DNA of 64,000 nucleotides, from the NCBI GenBank assembly GCA_027327085.1, contig DAHWAT010000001.1, positions 3,867 to 67,866 of the forward strand. The letters are read 5' to 3'. This document shows positions 9,420-19,067 of this stretch, piece by piece. The translations under genes and the position numbers were made by a program. The notes beneath the pieces are model-generated. The model worked only from the letters and a program-made list of their open reading frames with translations. It was not told the origin of the DNA and searched no databases. How positions within the stretch are numbered: the first letter of the stretch is position 1; the number at the start of each line of letters is the position of its first letter. The DNA comes from Candidatus Saccharimonadota bacterium. GTDB taxonomy: Bacteria > Patescibacteriota > Saccharimonadia > Saccharimonadales > UBA4665.

Positions 9420-9554
9420 AAAACGACTGCTTGAGATGGGTTGCCTAAAGGGGCAATGCATCGCTTTCTCAAGCAGTCGGTTTCAGGGAGCGTGGTACGC
9501 TAAATTGAGCTTAAAGCTCTCAGTAAGCGCACCAGCACTCCCTTAACCGACTAC
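9420..9554 (-). ncRNA. Structured 3' trailer: two overlapping long hairpins, second terminator-like
   Basis: Perfect 13-bp stem 9424-9436/9467-9479; stem 9475-9490/9538-9552 with nested stems; G-U pairs only on minus strand. Confidence 0.6.
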
Positions 9555-9576
9555 GTTTCTCCTTTCCTGGTAAGTC

Positions 9577-10686
9577 CTACATAAATGTAGGAGAGGTTGT
9601 CCAGGTCAGCGGCAAAGTGCCGGAGGCTGAATAGCCTGAACCGTCACTGGCCGTGGCCTGAACAAACGAGGTGTTGTTCGGAGGCATATCCGAACCGGTT
9701 GCAAAGGTACTGTCACACCACATGCTCGGCGAACCGGGCTGAGGCGAAGTGACAAGACCGCCGTCCAGGAAAGCTCCGTACTGATCGGAACTAAACTGAA
9801 CGGACTTAACGTCCTGGTATGCGCCACCGATGGTGACACAAACCATTAGGTTGGTCTCATTGGGCCAGTACTCCTGTGGCTGGGTGCCACCGGAGATATT
9901 AAAAGTGTAGCAATTGGGATAGATACCCCCTTCGCTTTCACTCTGGCAAGTTGGAGCTGTGGTTGAACCACTGCTCTGACTCTGGCCTTGCTGCTGCCCC
10001 TGGTTCACAGTCACCTGAGTCGTCTGGTTAACGTTGATCACGGGTGAACCCTGACCGGACGTTGTCCCAGACTGGCTTGTGGTGTTGGAGTTAGTCTGGC
10101 AGACTGCCTGACCATTGACAACAACCACTGTCCCGGCACAGGAAGCTGGCTTTGGGGCCTGCTTACGCCTGCGCTCAACGACATGACGGCGGACAGGAAT
10201 CCACAGCCAGTAGCAGAAAGTACCCGTTTCTGGGTTGGTACAATTCTGCTTGCCCGCTGCGTTACTGCAGACAGCAATCCTCTTATAGCCCTTGCGAGCA
10301 TGGAGGGAGATCCTGTTCTTCGCGTACCTTAGCGGCAATACTGCGAACACCGGCGTTCCCGCTGGTAGTTCACGGTGACCTACGCTGAAGATGGTGCCGG
10401 GATGGCAACCATAATCAACGGGGTCAGCCGGCCTCCTGAGATCGACTGCGATGACTCGCTGAGCGACCCAAGAGTAATAACTTCCGTCCATCCTGTGAAA
10501 GCCATTCCTGGCCATCAACGCTTCCGTCTGCTTGAGGACGCCCATCTTGGCCAACTGGCTTACCCACACTCGTGGATTGTTGGTTCCAATACCACACTGC
10601 CCGTAGGCGAATGCGGGGGAGGCGGCCACGCTCATGAAAAGCGCAACGACAAACGGCACGAACAACAGATAGAACTTCTTGAACAA
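9577..10686 (-). CDS. GC-rich secreted Cys-rich hypothetical protein
   Basis: SD GAGGTGA + TTG start; signal peptide ending SPAFA; many Cys; basic and S/T/Q linkers. Confidence 0.75.
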   Translation of the reverse strand: MFKKFYLLFVPFVVALFMSVAASPAFAYGQCGIGTNNPRVWVSQLAKMGVLKQTEALMARNGFHRMDGSYYSWVAQRVIAVDLRRPADPVDYGCHPGTIFSVGHRELPAGTPVFAVLPLRYAKNRISLHARKGYKRIAVCSNAAGKQNCTNPETGTFCYWLWIPVRRHVVERRRKQAPKPASCAGTVVVVNGQAVCQTNSNTTSQSGTTSGQGSPVINVNQTTQVTVNQGQQQGQSQSSGSTTAPTCQSESEGGIYPNCYTFNISGGTQPQEYWPNETNLMVCVTIGGAYQDVKSVQFSSDQYGAFLDGGLVTSPQPGSPSMWCDSTFATGSDMPPNNTSFVQATASDGSGYSASGTLPLTWTTSPTFM

Positions 10687-10827
10687 CTAAATCACCTCTT
10701 TGCTGTGAATCGTAGTTTTTTCGGGGTATGCTTAAAAGACTTTGGGCAAGGTCGTATAATAACCGTGCTTTTGTCTTTTGATATCGCTACAGCGACAATT
10801 TGCTTCACCTTCTTTCTTCATTGTTAG

Positions 10828-10882
10828 GAGAATAAGACAACCTAAACGACAATTTATTTATCATCTAAATTGCCTTATCCTC
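10828..10882 (-). ncRNA. 19-bp hairpin in long 5' leader
   Basis: Arms 10828-10846/10864-10882; all five non-Watson-Crick positions are G-U on the minus strand. Confidence 0.6.
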
Positions 10883-10974
10883 GAAACATTTTTAGTTACC
10901 AAATAAGGAAAAAATTATGTAATCGGTTGATATGGATCTGATTCCTTGCGAGTTCAAAAGAACTCAAGCAGGCC

Positions 10975-10999
10975 TCAAAGACCCATGACTATCTAGTTT
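10975..10999. repeat. Right 25-bp inverted repeat of GC-rich gene unit
   Basis: TCAAAGACCCATGACTATCTAGTTT, pairs with 9387-9411. Confidence 0.85.
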
Positions 11000-11130
11000 A
11001 TTGAATAAGAAATAAACTTTACTTTTTAAGTATTTGTTTATCTACTTCAACAACTAGCATTTTAGACTCAATTGTGAAAGTACCTCCCCATAAGTTCTGA
11101 TTTTACTCATCGCTTATTTCGATAAACATT

Positions 11131-11159
11131 AGTATATCAAGAAATTGTGCTTATGTCAA
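11131..11159 (-). promoter_or_regulatory. Sigma70-type promoter
   Basis: TTGACA-N17-TATACT on minus strand. Confidence 0.7.
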
Positions 11160-11203
11160 TACTTTATGCAATAGTTTAATCTGTTGAGCAAATTGCTTAT
11201 GTT

Positions 11204-13735
11204 TTATCTCAAAAAGATAGTATGCTCGCTATCTGAGTCTAAGTTATCATTTACGGGCGATGCCTGATTATTAGTCGATTTACTACGTCGTCGGCGTAGT
11301 CTTTTTCGTTTTTTAGGCTTGATTGCCACGTCAGCAGCTTTAACGGCTGCTACCCCCATTTTGATAGAAGGCGGCTTAAGAGCTGGGTTTAGGTCTTTTG
11401 GCTCTGTAGTGCGACTAGGCTCTGGCTTTACTTCGTTAGCTGGAATTGAAGTGTTATTTTTTAAGTTGTACCGATCAGATACAAAACTTTCAACAGAAGC
11501 TTTATCTAGTGCATACTGCTGTCTTGAATTAGCAATTATGGCTTCACTATTATCGGTTTCATAGGCTGGTAAATCTAGAGTGATAGCTGAAAATGCCTGG
11601 GTTTTTTCACCATAGATGGTCATTGAAATGACTAAATGACGGTTGTGCATGTGTACAAGGTCATACTCTTCGAATTTAGGTTCGAAGTAACGTAACATAC
11701 TCCTAGCATCATCAGCACCCATCCTGAAGGCTATAATTGAGCCGACGTTGCCAAATACGGCATCCTTAACTTCAAGAGGCATTTGTGCAATGTATTGGTT
11801 GGCGACCGTCAGATTAAGGCCGTACTTTCTGGCTTCAGACAGGATAGTGGCAAAGCTATCTGTTGCAAAGTTTTGGAATTCGTCAACGTACAGATAGAAC
11901 GGCGTACGCTCTTGACTAAGTATATCTGCTCTACTCATAGCCGCTAATTGCATCTTGGTAACCAACAGAGCGCCAAGTAAAGCGGCATTGTCTTCGCCAA
12001 CAAGACCACGGCTAAGATTAACAATTAGTATCTTGCGCTCATCCATTATTTGACGGATATTAAAGCTGCTTTTCGGTTGACCGATAATATTTCTGACAAG
12101 TGGATTAGCCGTAAAGGCACCGACTTTGTTTAGTACCGGCGCAACGGCTTCAGCGGCAAATTTATCATTCCAGGATTCAAATTCGACTATCCAGAAGTTA
12201 CGGACTACCGGATCTGATACATTTTCTAAGACTTTTTTCCTAAAACTCTTATCTGTTAGTATTCTGGTGATATCTAGCATAGTTGACTCAGGATACTCTA
12301 GTAGCGCTAGCAGACTGTATCTAAGAATATACTCCAGCCTTGGCCCCCAAGAATCGAACATCCTTTTTAGGACCCCTATAAGTTCAGATACAGTATGGGT
12401 TATCAGCTTAGGGTCAGTTACCTCCATAGGATTAAAGGCTATAGGGTGATCAACATCGGCCGGATTAAAGTAGACCACATCTTTAATTCTTTCTGGCGTA
12501 ATCCGCCTTAAAATACCTAGAGCATAATCACCATGTGGATCTATAACAGCGAACCCATAAGGAGAGTAGATGTCTGATATAGTTAATAGCTCTAAAAGAG
12601 CTGACTTACCGACCCCGGTTTGACCTAAAATATATAGGTGTCGACCTCTGTCAGGACGAGGGAGACCGAAGGCGGTATTATGACCCCTGAAATTAGCAGC
12701 CGCTATAGGGCTGATGGTCAAAGGATCAACTTCACCTACAACTGGTAAATTTGCTGGCGGTTCAGCAGTTTGCGATAAGGCCCATAAGATAAAAGGAGTC
12801 TCCACGTTAGTATGGGGTAAGTGATAAAGCGTGGCAACTTCCTCAATATTGAGCACGATAGGCGATCGACTTAAACTCCTTAACAGGTACTCATTTAAGT
12901 ATTCCGGGGTTGAAAAAACTTTGGTTTGCGTGAAACCGTTAAGGTAGGTGGTATTAAACTGTTTATAGCTGGCAACAATTGATTGTAGCCTGAGATTTGC
13001 TTCAGCAGCGGTCTTACTGCCCCTATAGACTATCCGAAGTGTAGCTTCAAAGGCTAGTTTGTGACTCTTTTCCTCAGCCGATGATGCTCTAGATTGCTCA
13101 TATTCAGTTAGGGTCACCCCTTTAGACTGATCTTCTGGGGCTTTCCAGACAGCCGATAATACACCGAGAGCTCCGTTTCGGGAGTTATTACGCAAAGAAT
13201 TAATATATTTTTCGCTTTTTTTATGCCAATTGGCGGCCGCTGGTCTAATAATTAGCTGAATCCAAGCTTCTTCATCTTCGCTAAATTTGGCTAAAGTAGC
13301 CGTAATAGCAGCTAGAGGATCGACTTCAAAACTTTGGAAGGTTTTAATTGGTAACGCTTGGTTAGCAATCAGATTAAGCTCAGTGCTTAGGTTATTAGCG
13401 TAACCAACCTCTGAAGAGTTAGCATAGTCCTCTACTTCAGTTATCTGTACCATAGGGTACTGCGCGTATATCTGTTCTTCAACAAAACCCTTAAGATACT
13501 CGGGTACGGTTACGTAAAAACCAATTCTCCTCTTTAAAACAGCTATTTCAAAACTAACTCTAACGCGTTTTGACGCACCCATAAAACGTTCTGGTGCAAA
13601 GGTTAACAGCCCATGGAGCGAGGCAAACATCTGTTCAGCGGCCAACTCTTTTTTATCGTTGGTTCTAGGTACCTGTAGCAACAAGACGACTGTGTCATCT
13701 TCGGGTCGATCTACGCTATTTTTTTGATTGGACAT
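11204..13735 (-). CDS. VirD4/TraD/TrwB-like (type IV secretion coupling-type) ATPase of the CPR-type family
   Basis: HLYILGQTGVGKS Walker A, IDPHGD, LYVDEFQNF Walker B, SEARKYGL..ANQY. Confidence 0.85.
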   Translation of the reverse strand: MSNQKNSVDRPEDDTVVLLLQVPRTNDKKELAAEQMFASLHGLLTFAPERFMGASKRVRVSFEIAVLKRRIGFYVTVPEYLKGFVEEQIYAQYPMVQITEVEDYANSSEVGYANNLSTELNLIANQALPIKTFQSFEVDPLAAITATLAKFSEDEEAWIQLIIRPAAANWHKKSEKYINSLRNNSRNGALGVLSAVWKAPEDQSKGVTLTEYEQSRASSAEEKSHKLAFEATLRIVYRGSKTAAEANLRLQSIVASYKQFNTTYLNGFTQTKVFSTPEYLNEYLLRSLSRSPIVLNIEEVATLYHLPHTNVETPFILWALSQTAEPPANLPVVGEVDPLTISPIAAANFRGHNTAFGLPRPDRGRHLYILGQTGVGKSALLELLTISDIYSPYGFAVIDPHGDYALGILRRITPERIKDVVYFNPADVDHPIAFNPMEVTDPKLITHTVSELIGVLKRMFDSWGPRLEYILRYSLLALLEYPESTMLDITRILTDKSFRKKVLENVSDPVVRNFWIVEFESWNDKFAAEAVAPVLNKVGAFTANPLVRNIIGQPKSSFNIRQIMDERKILIVNLSRGLVGEDNAALLGALLVTKMQLAAMSRADILSQERTPFYLYVDEFQNFATDSFATILSEARKYGLNLTVANQYIAQMPLEVKDAVFGNVGSIIAFRMGADDARSMLRYFEPKFEEYDLVHMHNRHLVISMTIYGEKTQAFSAITLDLPAYETDNSEAIIANSRQQYALDKASVESFVSDRYNLKNNTSIPANEVKPEPSRTTEPKDLNPALKPPSIKMGVAAVKAADVAIKPKKRKRLRRRRSKSTNNQASPVNDNLDSDSEHTIFLR

Positions 13736-13850
13736 TACTAATATAATTCTACTTTATCTTTTTAAACATGAGCTTTATCTAGCCATATTATAACAATAAA
13801 GTTTTATAGTCAATATTAATCAATCTTTTTTAAATCTTGTCAATTAAAGT

Positions 13851-15149
13851 TTAGTTTTTAGGGAATATAAAGCCAAATGTACTACCCTTGCCTTCATGGC
13901 TTTCGAAAATTATAGCCCCACCAAGACTAATAATGACTTTTTTAGCCATGAACAAGCCTAAACCAGTACCGTCAGGGCGGGTTTTTCGAGCATTACTGGC
14001 TCGGTAGAATTTGGTAAACAAATGGCGTTGTTCACTCCTAGGCACACCTATGCCATTGTCTTTAACTCTTAGTTCAATAGCCGAAGCTTTATTATTTAGA
14101 GATATATCTATGGTGCCACCGGCCGGGGTGTAGTAAAGGGCATTGTCAATAAAGTTCATGATAACTTGACGGATCTTGGTTTCGTCTAGATTAAGCAGGG
14201 GTAGATTTGGCTTAGTTTCATAGTTAATACTGACAGAGTGAGCTTTGGCTATCTCGCTTAATTGGTCGATTTCATCTTGAACAATTTCGTCTAAATTGAC
14301 TGGTGTTAAAGACATCACAAATTTACCGCTGTTAAGCCGCGATACATTAAGTAAGTCTGAAATTATATATACCATGCGTTGACAACTGGCAAAAGCCTGA
14401 GTCAGCATTACTTTTTGGTCATGATTAATGTTGCCGGCATCGCCTTCTAAGATCATGGAAATATAGCCTTTAACGCTTGTTAGAGGAGTTCTGAGCTGAT
14501 GTGAGGCCATACTAATAAAATCATCCTTAATTTCGTCGAGTGCCGTCATTTTATGGCTATAGTCATTCAAGCGCTTTTTATAGTAATGGCTATTTTGCTC
14601 AGCTATAAGACCGCTTAATTGAGCGGCAATTAGGCCTTGAACAGTGTTTATGACGGCTACTGCTGGATCACTAGACTGAGTAGCATAATTGAAGCCAACT
14701 GCTATTATGCCGACAAAATGGCCACGACTTTTTAGACAAATAACTAAAATAGTTTCTACGCCCAGTTTTTGATCGTTATGTTCTAGGCGATCGATTGACC
14801 AATCAAGGAATTTAGCCGCAGCTTGAGCGTTAATTGTGTTTGAGTCAAGCATCAGACTTTGGTTTTTACTGAACCAATGGTCACTAAACTTAAAATGCAA
14901 AGGTTTGGCTAGACTGATTGGTTTATCTGAGTAATAACCGCTTAAACTAAGGTAGTCACTATCTTCAGGCTTAATAAATATTGCTGCCAGAACCACCCCA
15001 GGCAGACCTCCGATAATATCGGCTATGTTTTTGGATAAACTATTTAGTGAACTCTCCGGCTGAGAGGCTAATTTACCTAAAGACTGACTAATTTCTAGGG
15101 TAGCTTGATCGACACTAAAGGCATTAAAATCATGAACCGGATCTGACAT
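13851..15149 (-). CDS. Sensor histidine kinase (GAF-like + HisKA + HATPase)
   Basis: SHQLRTPLT, NFIDNALYY, DNGIG, GTGLGL. Confidence 0.92.
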   Translation of the reverse strand: MSDPVHDFNAFSVDQATLEISQSLGKLASQPESSLNSLSKNIADIIGGLPGVVLAAIFIKPEDSDYLSLSGYYSDKPISLAKPLHFKFSDHWFSKNQSLMLDSNTINAQAAAKFLDWSIDRLEHNDQKLGVETILVICLKSRGHFVGIIAVGFNYATQSSDPAVAVINTVQGLIAAQLSGLIAEQNSHYYKKRLNDYSHKMTALDEIKDDFISMASHQLRTPLTSVKGYISMILEGDAGNINHDQKVMLTQAFASCQRMVYIISDLLNVSRLNSGKFVMSLTPVNLDEIVQDEIDQLSEIAKAHSVSINYETKPNLPLLNLDETKIRQVIMNFIDNALYYTPAGGTIDISLNNKASAIELRVKDNGIGVPRSEQRHLFTKFYRASNARKTRPDGTGLGLFMAKKVIISLGGAIIFESHEGKGSTFGFIFPKN

Positions 15150-15224
15150 CTAATGCTCCCCCCTAGCTTTAGCTTCTAATACATTTTATACTGCTTATAT
15201 TAGTATACTTTTAAATGGAGTAAT

Positions 15225-15590
15225 ATGCCTAAAATTGCCATAATCGAAGACGACGAAACTATCTCACAAATGTATCGTTTTAAGTTTGAAAGCGAAGGCT
15301 ATGAAGTACAAACAGCCGGTAACGGTAAATTAGGGTTAGAATTAGCCGAGAAAATGCAACCGGATATAATCCTTTTAGATTTAATGATGCCAGAGATGAA
15401 CGGTGACCAAATGCTTAAGCAATTAAGGCAGACCGAATGGGGTAAAAACATTAAAGTTATTGTCTTAACTAACATGGGTGAGCAGGAAATACCCAGTAGT
15501 GTTAAAGAAATGGGCGTAAACGGTATTATTCTTAAGGCCGATATGACACCACGACAAGTCGCTGAACTGGTAAAGAAGACAGTGAGCTGA
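15225..15590 (+). CDS. Single-domain response regulator
   Basis: IIEDD, LLDLMMP, VLTN, K. Confidence 0.92.
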   Translation: MPKIAIIEDDETISQMYRFKFESEGYEVQTAGNGKLGLELAEKMQPDIILLDLMMPEMNGDQMLKQLRQTEWGKNIKVIVLTNMGEQEIPSSVKEMGVNGIILKADMTPRQVAELVKKTVS

Positions 15591-15594
15591 TAGC

Positions 15595-16902
15595 GTGAAG
15601 GTTGCGATTGCAGGCTTTGGCATAGAAGGACAGTCCTCGCTTGAATACTTTTCAGCTTTAGGTCATGAAGTAGTCGTGTTAGACGAAAAGCCAGATTTAG
15701 TGTTGCCAAATAAGGTTAAGTCAGTTTTAGGTAGTCAAGCCTTCCGTAATTTGTCTTCATATGATCTGATTGTTAGAAGCGCCGGTTTACCACCTAATAA
15801 GCTGACTGAGTTTAATGACAATATTGATCACTTAATCACTACTCAACTAAATGAGTTTTTAAAAGTATGCCCTAGCCAAAAAATAATTGGGGTAACTGGT
15901 ACTAAAGGCAAAGGGACAACTGCTACTCTGATTGCCAAGATGTTGGCGGCCAGCAACTGTCAGGTTGTCCTAGGCGGCAACATTGGCGTAGCTATGCTAA
16001 GTCTATTATCGTCAATCAGTCCTGAGACATTTGTGGTGTTAGAGCTTTCGAGTTTCCAGTTAAGCGATCTCAAGGTTAGTTCACCTAAAACGGCAGTTTG
16101 TTTAATGGTGGTGCCTGAACATTTGGATTGGCACGGTTCGTTGTCAAATTATATTGCGGCTAAAACTAATCTTTTTGCATACCAACCCAAAGACAGTTTG
16201 GCGATATTTTATCCTAAAAGTGAGTTTTCAAGGCAGATTGCAGCCGCTAGTCAGGGACAGAAAATCCCCTTTTTTGAACCTCCTGGAGCCGAAGTTAAAA
16301 ACAACCAGATTGTTATTGACGATAAAACTATCTGTTCCGTAAGTGATCTAAAACTGATTGGCGAGCATAGCTGGCAAAACATTTGCGCGGCAGTGACAGC
16401 CGTCTGGCAACATGTTCAGGACGTTCAGGCTGCTCACCAAGTGCTGACTTCTTTTAGTGGCCTAAAGCACCGCTTAGAATTTGTTAGAGAAGTAGACCAC
16501 GTTAAGTACTACAACGATTCTTTTGCCTCTCAGCTAAAGGCGAGCGAGGCAGCCATTTTGGCCATCAAACAGCCTAAAGTACTAATCATCGGCGGTTTTG
16601 ACCGGATGTTGGAGCTTGAATCGTTTTGTCAGTTAGTCAAAAGGGAGGCTACTTCCATTCGTAAACTTATGTTAATTGGGGCAAGTGCTGAAAGATTGGC
16701 TAAGGCTTTGGCAAAAGTTGGTTATACTGATTTTTATATGGGTAATCACTTAAAGACCATGGCTGATATCGTTAATCAAGCTAAGGCTTTAGCTAAAGCA
16801 AATGATGCCGTAGTGTTATCGCCTGGCTTTCCCAGTTTTGATATGTTTAAAAACTTTGAAGATAGAGGTAATCAGTTTAAGGACTGTGTTAAGGCCTTAT
16901 GA
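15595..16902 (+). CDS. murD: UDP-MurNAc-L-Ala:glutamate ligase (probably MurD2, L-Glu type)
   Basis: GVTGTKGKGTT, GGNIG, ELSSFQL, HRLE, YNDS, LSPG..SFDMF. Confidence 0.92.
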   Translation: MKVAIAGFGIEGQSSLEYFSALGHEVVVLDEKPDLVLPNKVKSVLGSQAFRNLSSYDLIVRSAGLPPNKLTEFNDNIDHLITTQLNEFLKVCPSQKIIGVTGTKGKGTTATLIAKMLAASNCQVVLGGNIGVAMLSLLSSISPETFVVLELSSFQLSDLKVSSPKTAVCLMVVPEHLDWHGSLSNYIAAKTNLFAYQPKDSLAIFYPKSEFSRQIAAASQGQKIPFFEPPGAEVKNNQIVIDDKTICSVSDLKLIGEHSWQNICAAVTAVWQHVQDVQAAHQVLTSFSGLKHRLEFVREVDHVKYYNDSFASQLKASEAAILAIKQPKVLIIGGFDRMLELESFCQLVKREATSIRKLMLIGASAERLAKALAKVGYTDFYMGNHLKTMADIVNQAKALAKANDAVVLSPGFPSFDMFKNFEDRGNQFKDCVKAL

Positions 16903-18185
16903 GTAAATACGTAAGCTTTGTCTTTAAAAACTACTATTTTGATCCGAATACCGGTTTATTAGATCTGGTTTATGGTTATGACGATGTACTTGAGTTTCAC
17001 GAAACCTACAAATTTAATTTTAAATTCCAAGCTTACGATGAAGCTATTTTGGATAGAGCCATCCAGCTGCTTTTTTTCCTGGCTGGTGTATCGTATTACA
17101 AACTTTACTTAAGCCCTAATATTAAAGTTGATAAGGGTAAAATTGACCAACAATTCGGTCTTTTTTTGAATAAAACGTACCAAAAGGGCCTAGGAGAATT
17201 TTTTTATGTTAACTCGCTTGATCCTAACAGCCAAATTAGCTTCCCAGTTAACAGCCCAGATTTTCAAGCTTTAGAGTTAAGTAATTTATCTGGTCAGTTA
17301 ATCGGTCTGGGTGGCGGTAAGGATAGTTTACTATCGGTAGAAGTTTTAAGAGATCTACAGAAAGTAGCAACCTGGAGTCTAAACCACCAAACTAAGCTTC
17401 AACCACTAGTCGATCAGGTTGGGCTAAATCATTTTTGGGTAGAAAGAACCTGGGATCCACTGATTATGCAGCTTAACCAGCAAGATGCCCTTAATGGGCA
17501 CATACCCATTTCGGCCATTTTTGCAGCTACTGGCGTTATTGTAGCTATCTTGAGCGGTTATAGGGAGGTTATAGTCTCTAATGAAAGTTCGGCTAGTGAA
17601 CCGAGTCTACTGTATGAAGGGGTGGCAATTAATCATCAATACTCTAAGTCCTTAGAATTTGAAAAGGATTTTCAAACTATCTTAACTGTTTTATTTGGTG
17701 ATAGTGTAGCCTACTATTCACTGCTTCGGCCTTTCAGTGAATTGAGAATTGCCGAATTTTTTGCCAGTTTTTTTGATAAATACAGCCCCTATTTCAGTAG
17801 TTGCAACCGAGCTTTCACCTTGCATCAAGATCATTTATTCTGGTGTGGCCAATGTCCAAAATGTGCTTTTGTGTTTTTGATACTAACACCATTTATTGAA
17901 CGCCTAAAACTGGAAAAACTATGGCATGGACACAATTTACTACTAGATGATTCGGTTAAGCCTACCTACCTAAAACTGCTTGGCATAGAGGGCGATAAGC
18001 CCCTGGATTGCGTTGGCGAAGTTAAAGAAGCTCGAACGGCCATGCGTTTAGCTACAAACATTTACCCCGAGCTGAAACAGTATCATTTCGATATACCCCC
18101 AGATTATGATTACAAAGCATGGCACGAACACGCTATGCCTCAAGCTATGTACGATCTATTAAAAAGTCGTTTTGGGAATTTATGA
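16899..18185 (+). CDS. murL: UDP-MurNAc-L-Ala-L-Glu epimerase
   Basis: GGGKDS, NGHIP, SNE.SA, NHQYSKS, FSSCNR, WCGQCPKC, KP.DCVG; overlaps murD. Confidence 0.85.
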   Translation: MSKYVSFVFKNYYFDPNTGLLDLVYGYDDVLEFHETYKFNFKFQAYDEAILDRAIQLLFFLAGVSYYKLYLSPNIKVDKGKIDQQFGLFLNKTYQKGLGEFFYVNSLDPNSQISFPVNSPDFQALELSNLSGQLIGLGGGKDSLLSVEVLRDLQKVATWSLNHQTKLQPLVDQVGLNHFWVERTWDPLIMQLNQQDALNGHIPISAIFAATGVIVAILSGYREVIVSNESSASEPSLLYEGVAINHQYSKSLEFEKDFQTILTVLFGDSVAYYSLLRPFSELRIAEFFASFFDKYSPYFSSCNRAFTLHQDHLFWCGQCPKCAFVFLILTPFIERLKLEKLWHGHNLLLDDSVKPTYLKLLGIEGDKPLDCVGEVKEARTAMRLATNIYPELKQYHFDIPPDYDYKAWHEHAMPQAMYDLLKSRFGNL

Positions 18186-18992
18186 TTCAAGCTGTTTTTG
18201 GCAGGCACGTATAACATTTTCAAACAGAGCGCAAACCGTTAAAGGGCCGACTCCTCCCTTTAGGGGAGTAATTGTTAAATCGTCTCTTGTGTCATAAACA
18301 CTAACATCTACATCGCCAAATATCTTAGCTTCTTCACTGGCTACACCGGCATCAACAACAATAGCCCCCGGCTTTAACATATCTGAGGTTATGAGACCTT
18401 TGGTCCCTGTAGCAGTAATAATTAAATCGGCCTGTAGGCTTAGGCTTTTTAAATTTTGAGTGCTTTTATCGGCTACCGTTGGTTCTATGCCTGAACTATT
18501 AAGTATTTTGAGCAAAGGGGCGCCGACGAGTTTACCTTGTCCCACAAGTAGAATATTTTTATTGTTGAGCTCAATATTGTAACCACCAAGTAGCCAAAGT
18601 ATCGCCATAGGCGTAGCTGATTCAAACTCTGATTTTAAACTTAAGCCATCAACGTCCTTAGATGGGTTAATGAGGTTAATTATTTGATCGGTTTCAAGCG
18701 GGTTAGCGAGAGGCAATTGTATAATAATGGCTTGTACTTTACTAGACTGATTTAGTTGTTTAAGGGTTTCGTTTACTTGTTCTTGTTGAATTTTATAGAC
18801 GTCTACATCGACTAGTATGTCCTGACCATAAGCCTGTTTAAGACGAACATAAGTTTCTATAGCAGGATGATCAATCGTAACTATTATTGCTAATTTTGGG
18901 TATATATTAAAAGCTTGTCTTAAAGATCTTACCTGTTTAGCTTGACGTTCTTTAATATACCCGGCAAGTTCCAGGCCATTTAATAATTTCAT
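18180..18992 (-). CDS. folD: Methylene-THF dehydrogenase/cyclohydrolase
   Basis: IIQLPL, KDVDG, GGVGPLTV..LFENV. Confidence 0.92.
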   Translation of the reverse strand: MKLLNGLELAGYIKERQAKQVRSLRQAFNIYPKLAIIVTIDHPAIETYVRLKQAYGQDILVDVDVYKIQQEQVNETLKQLNQSSKVQAIIIQLPLANPLETDQIINLINPSKDVDGLSLKSEFESATPMAILWLLGGYNIELNNKNILLVGQGKLVGAPLLKILNSSGIEPTVADKSTQNLKSLSLQADLIITATGTKGLITSDMLKPGAIVVDAGVASEEAKIFGDVDVSVYDTRDDLTITPLKGGVGPLTVCALFENVIRACQKQLES

Positions 18993-19067
18993 TTTGTTAA
19001 AATTATATACTAGGTAGTCTTATCTTGCCAAAACAGGCCTATTTTGATACTGTTTTTTGGTAGTTAT

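Noticed and set aside
9420..9554. Retron msr/msd or DGR element
   Set aside because: No reverse transcriptase in the window and no template/variable repeat pair seen
9606..10827. Overlapping ORFs 9606-9839, 10038-10301, 10152-10388, 10375-10827
   Set aside because: Shadow ORFs expected in GC-rich DNA; only 9577-10686 has an SD and signal peptide
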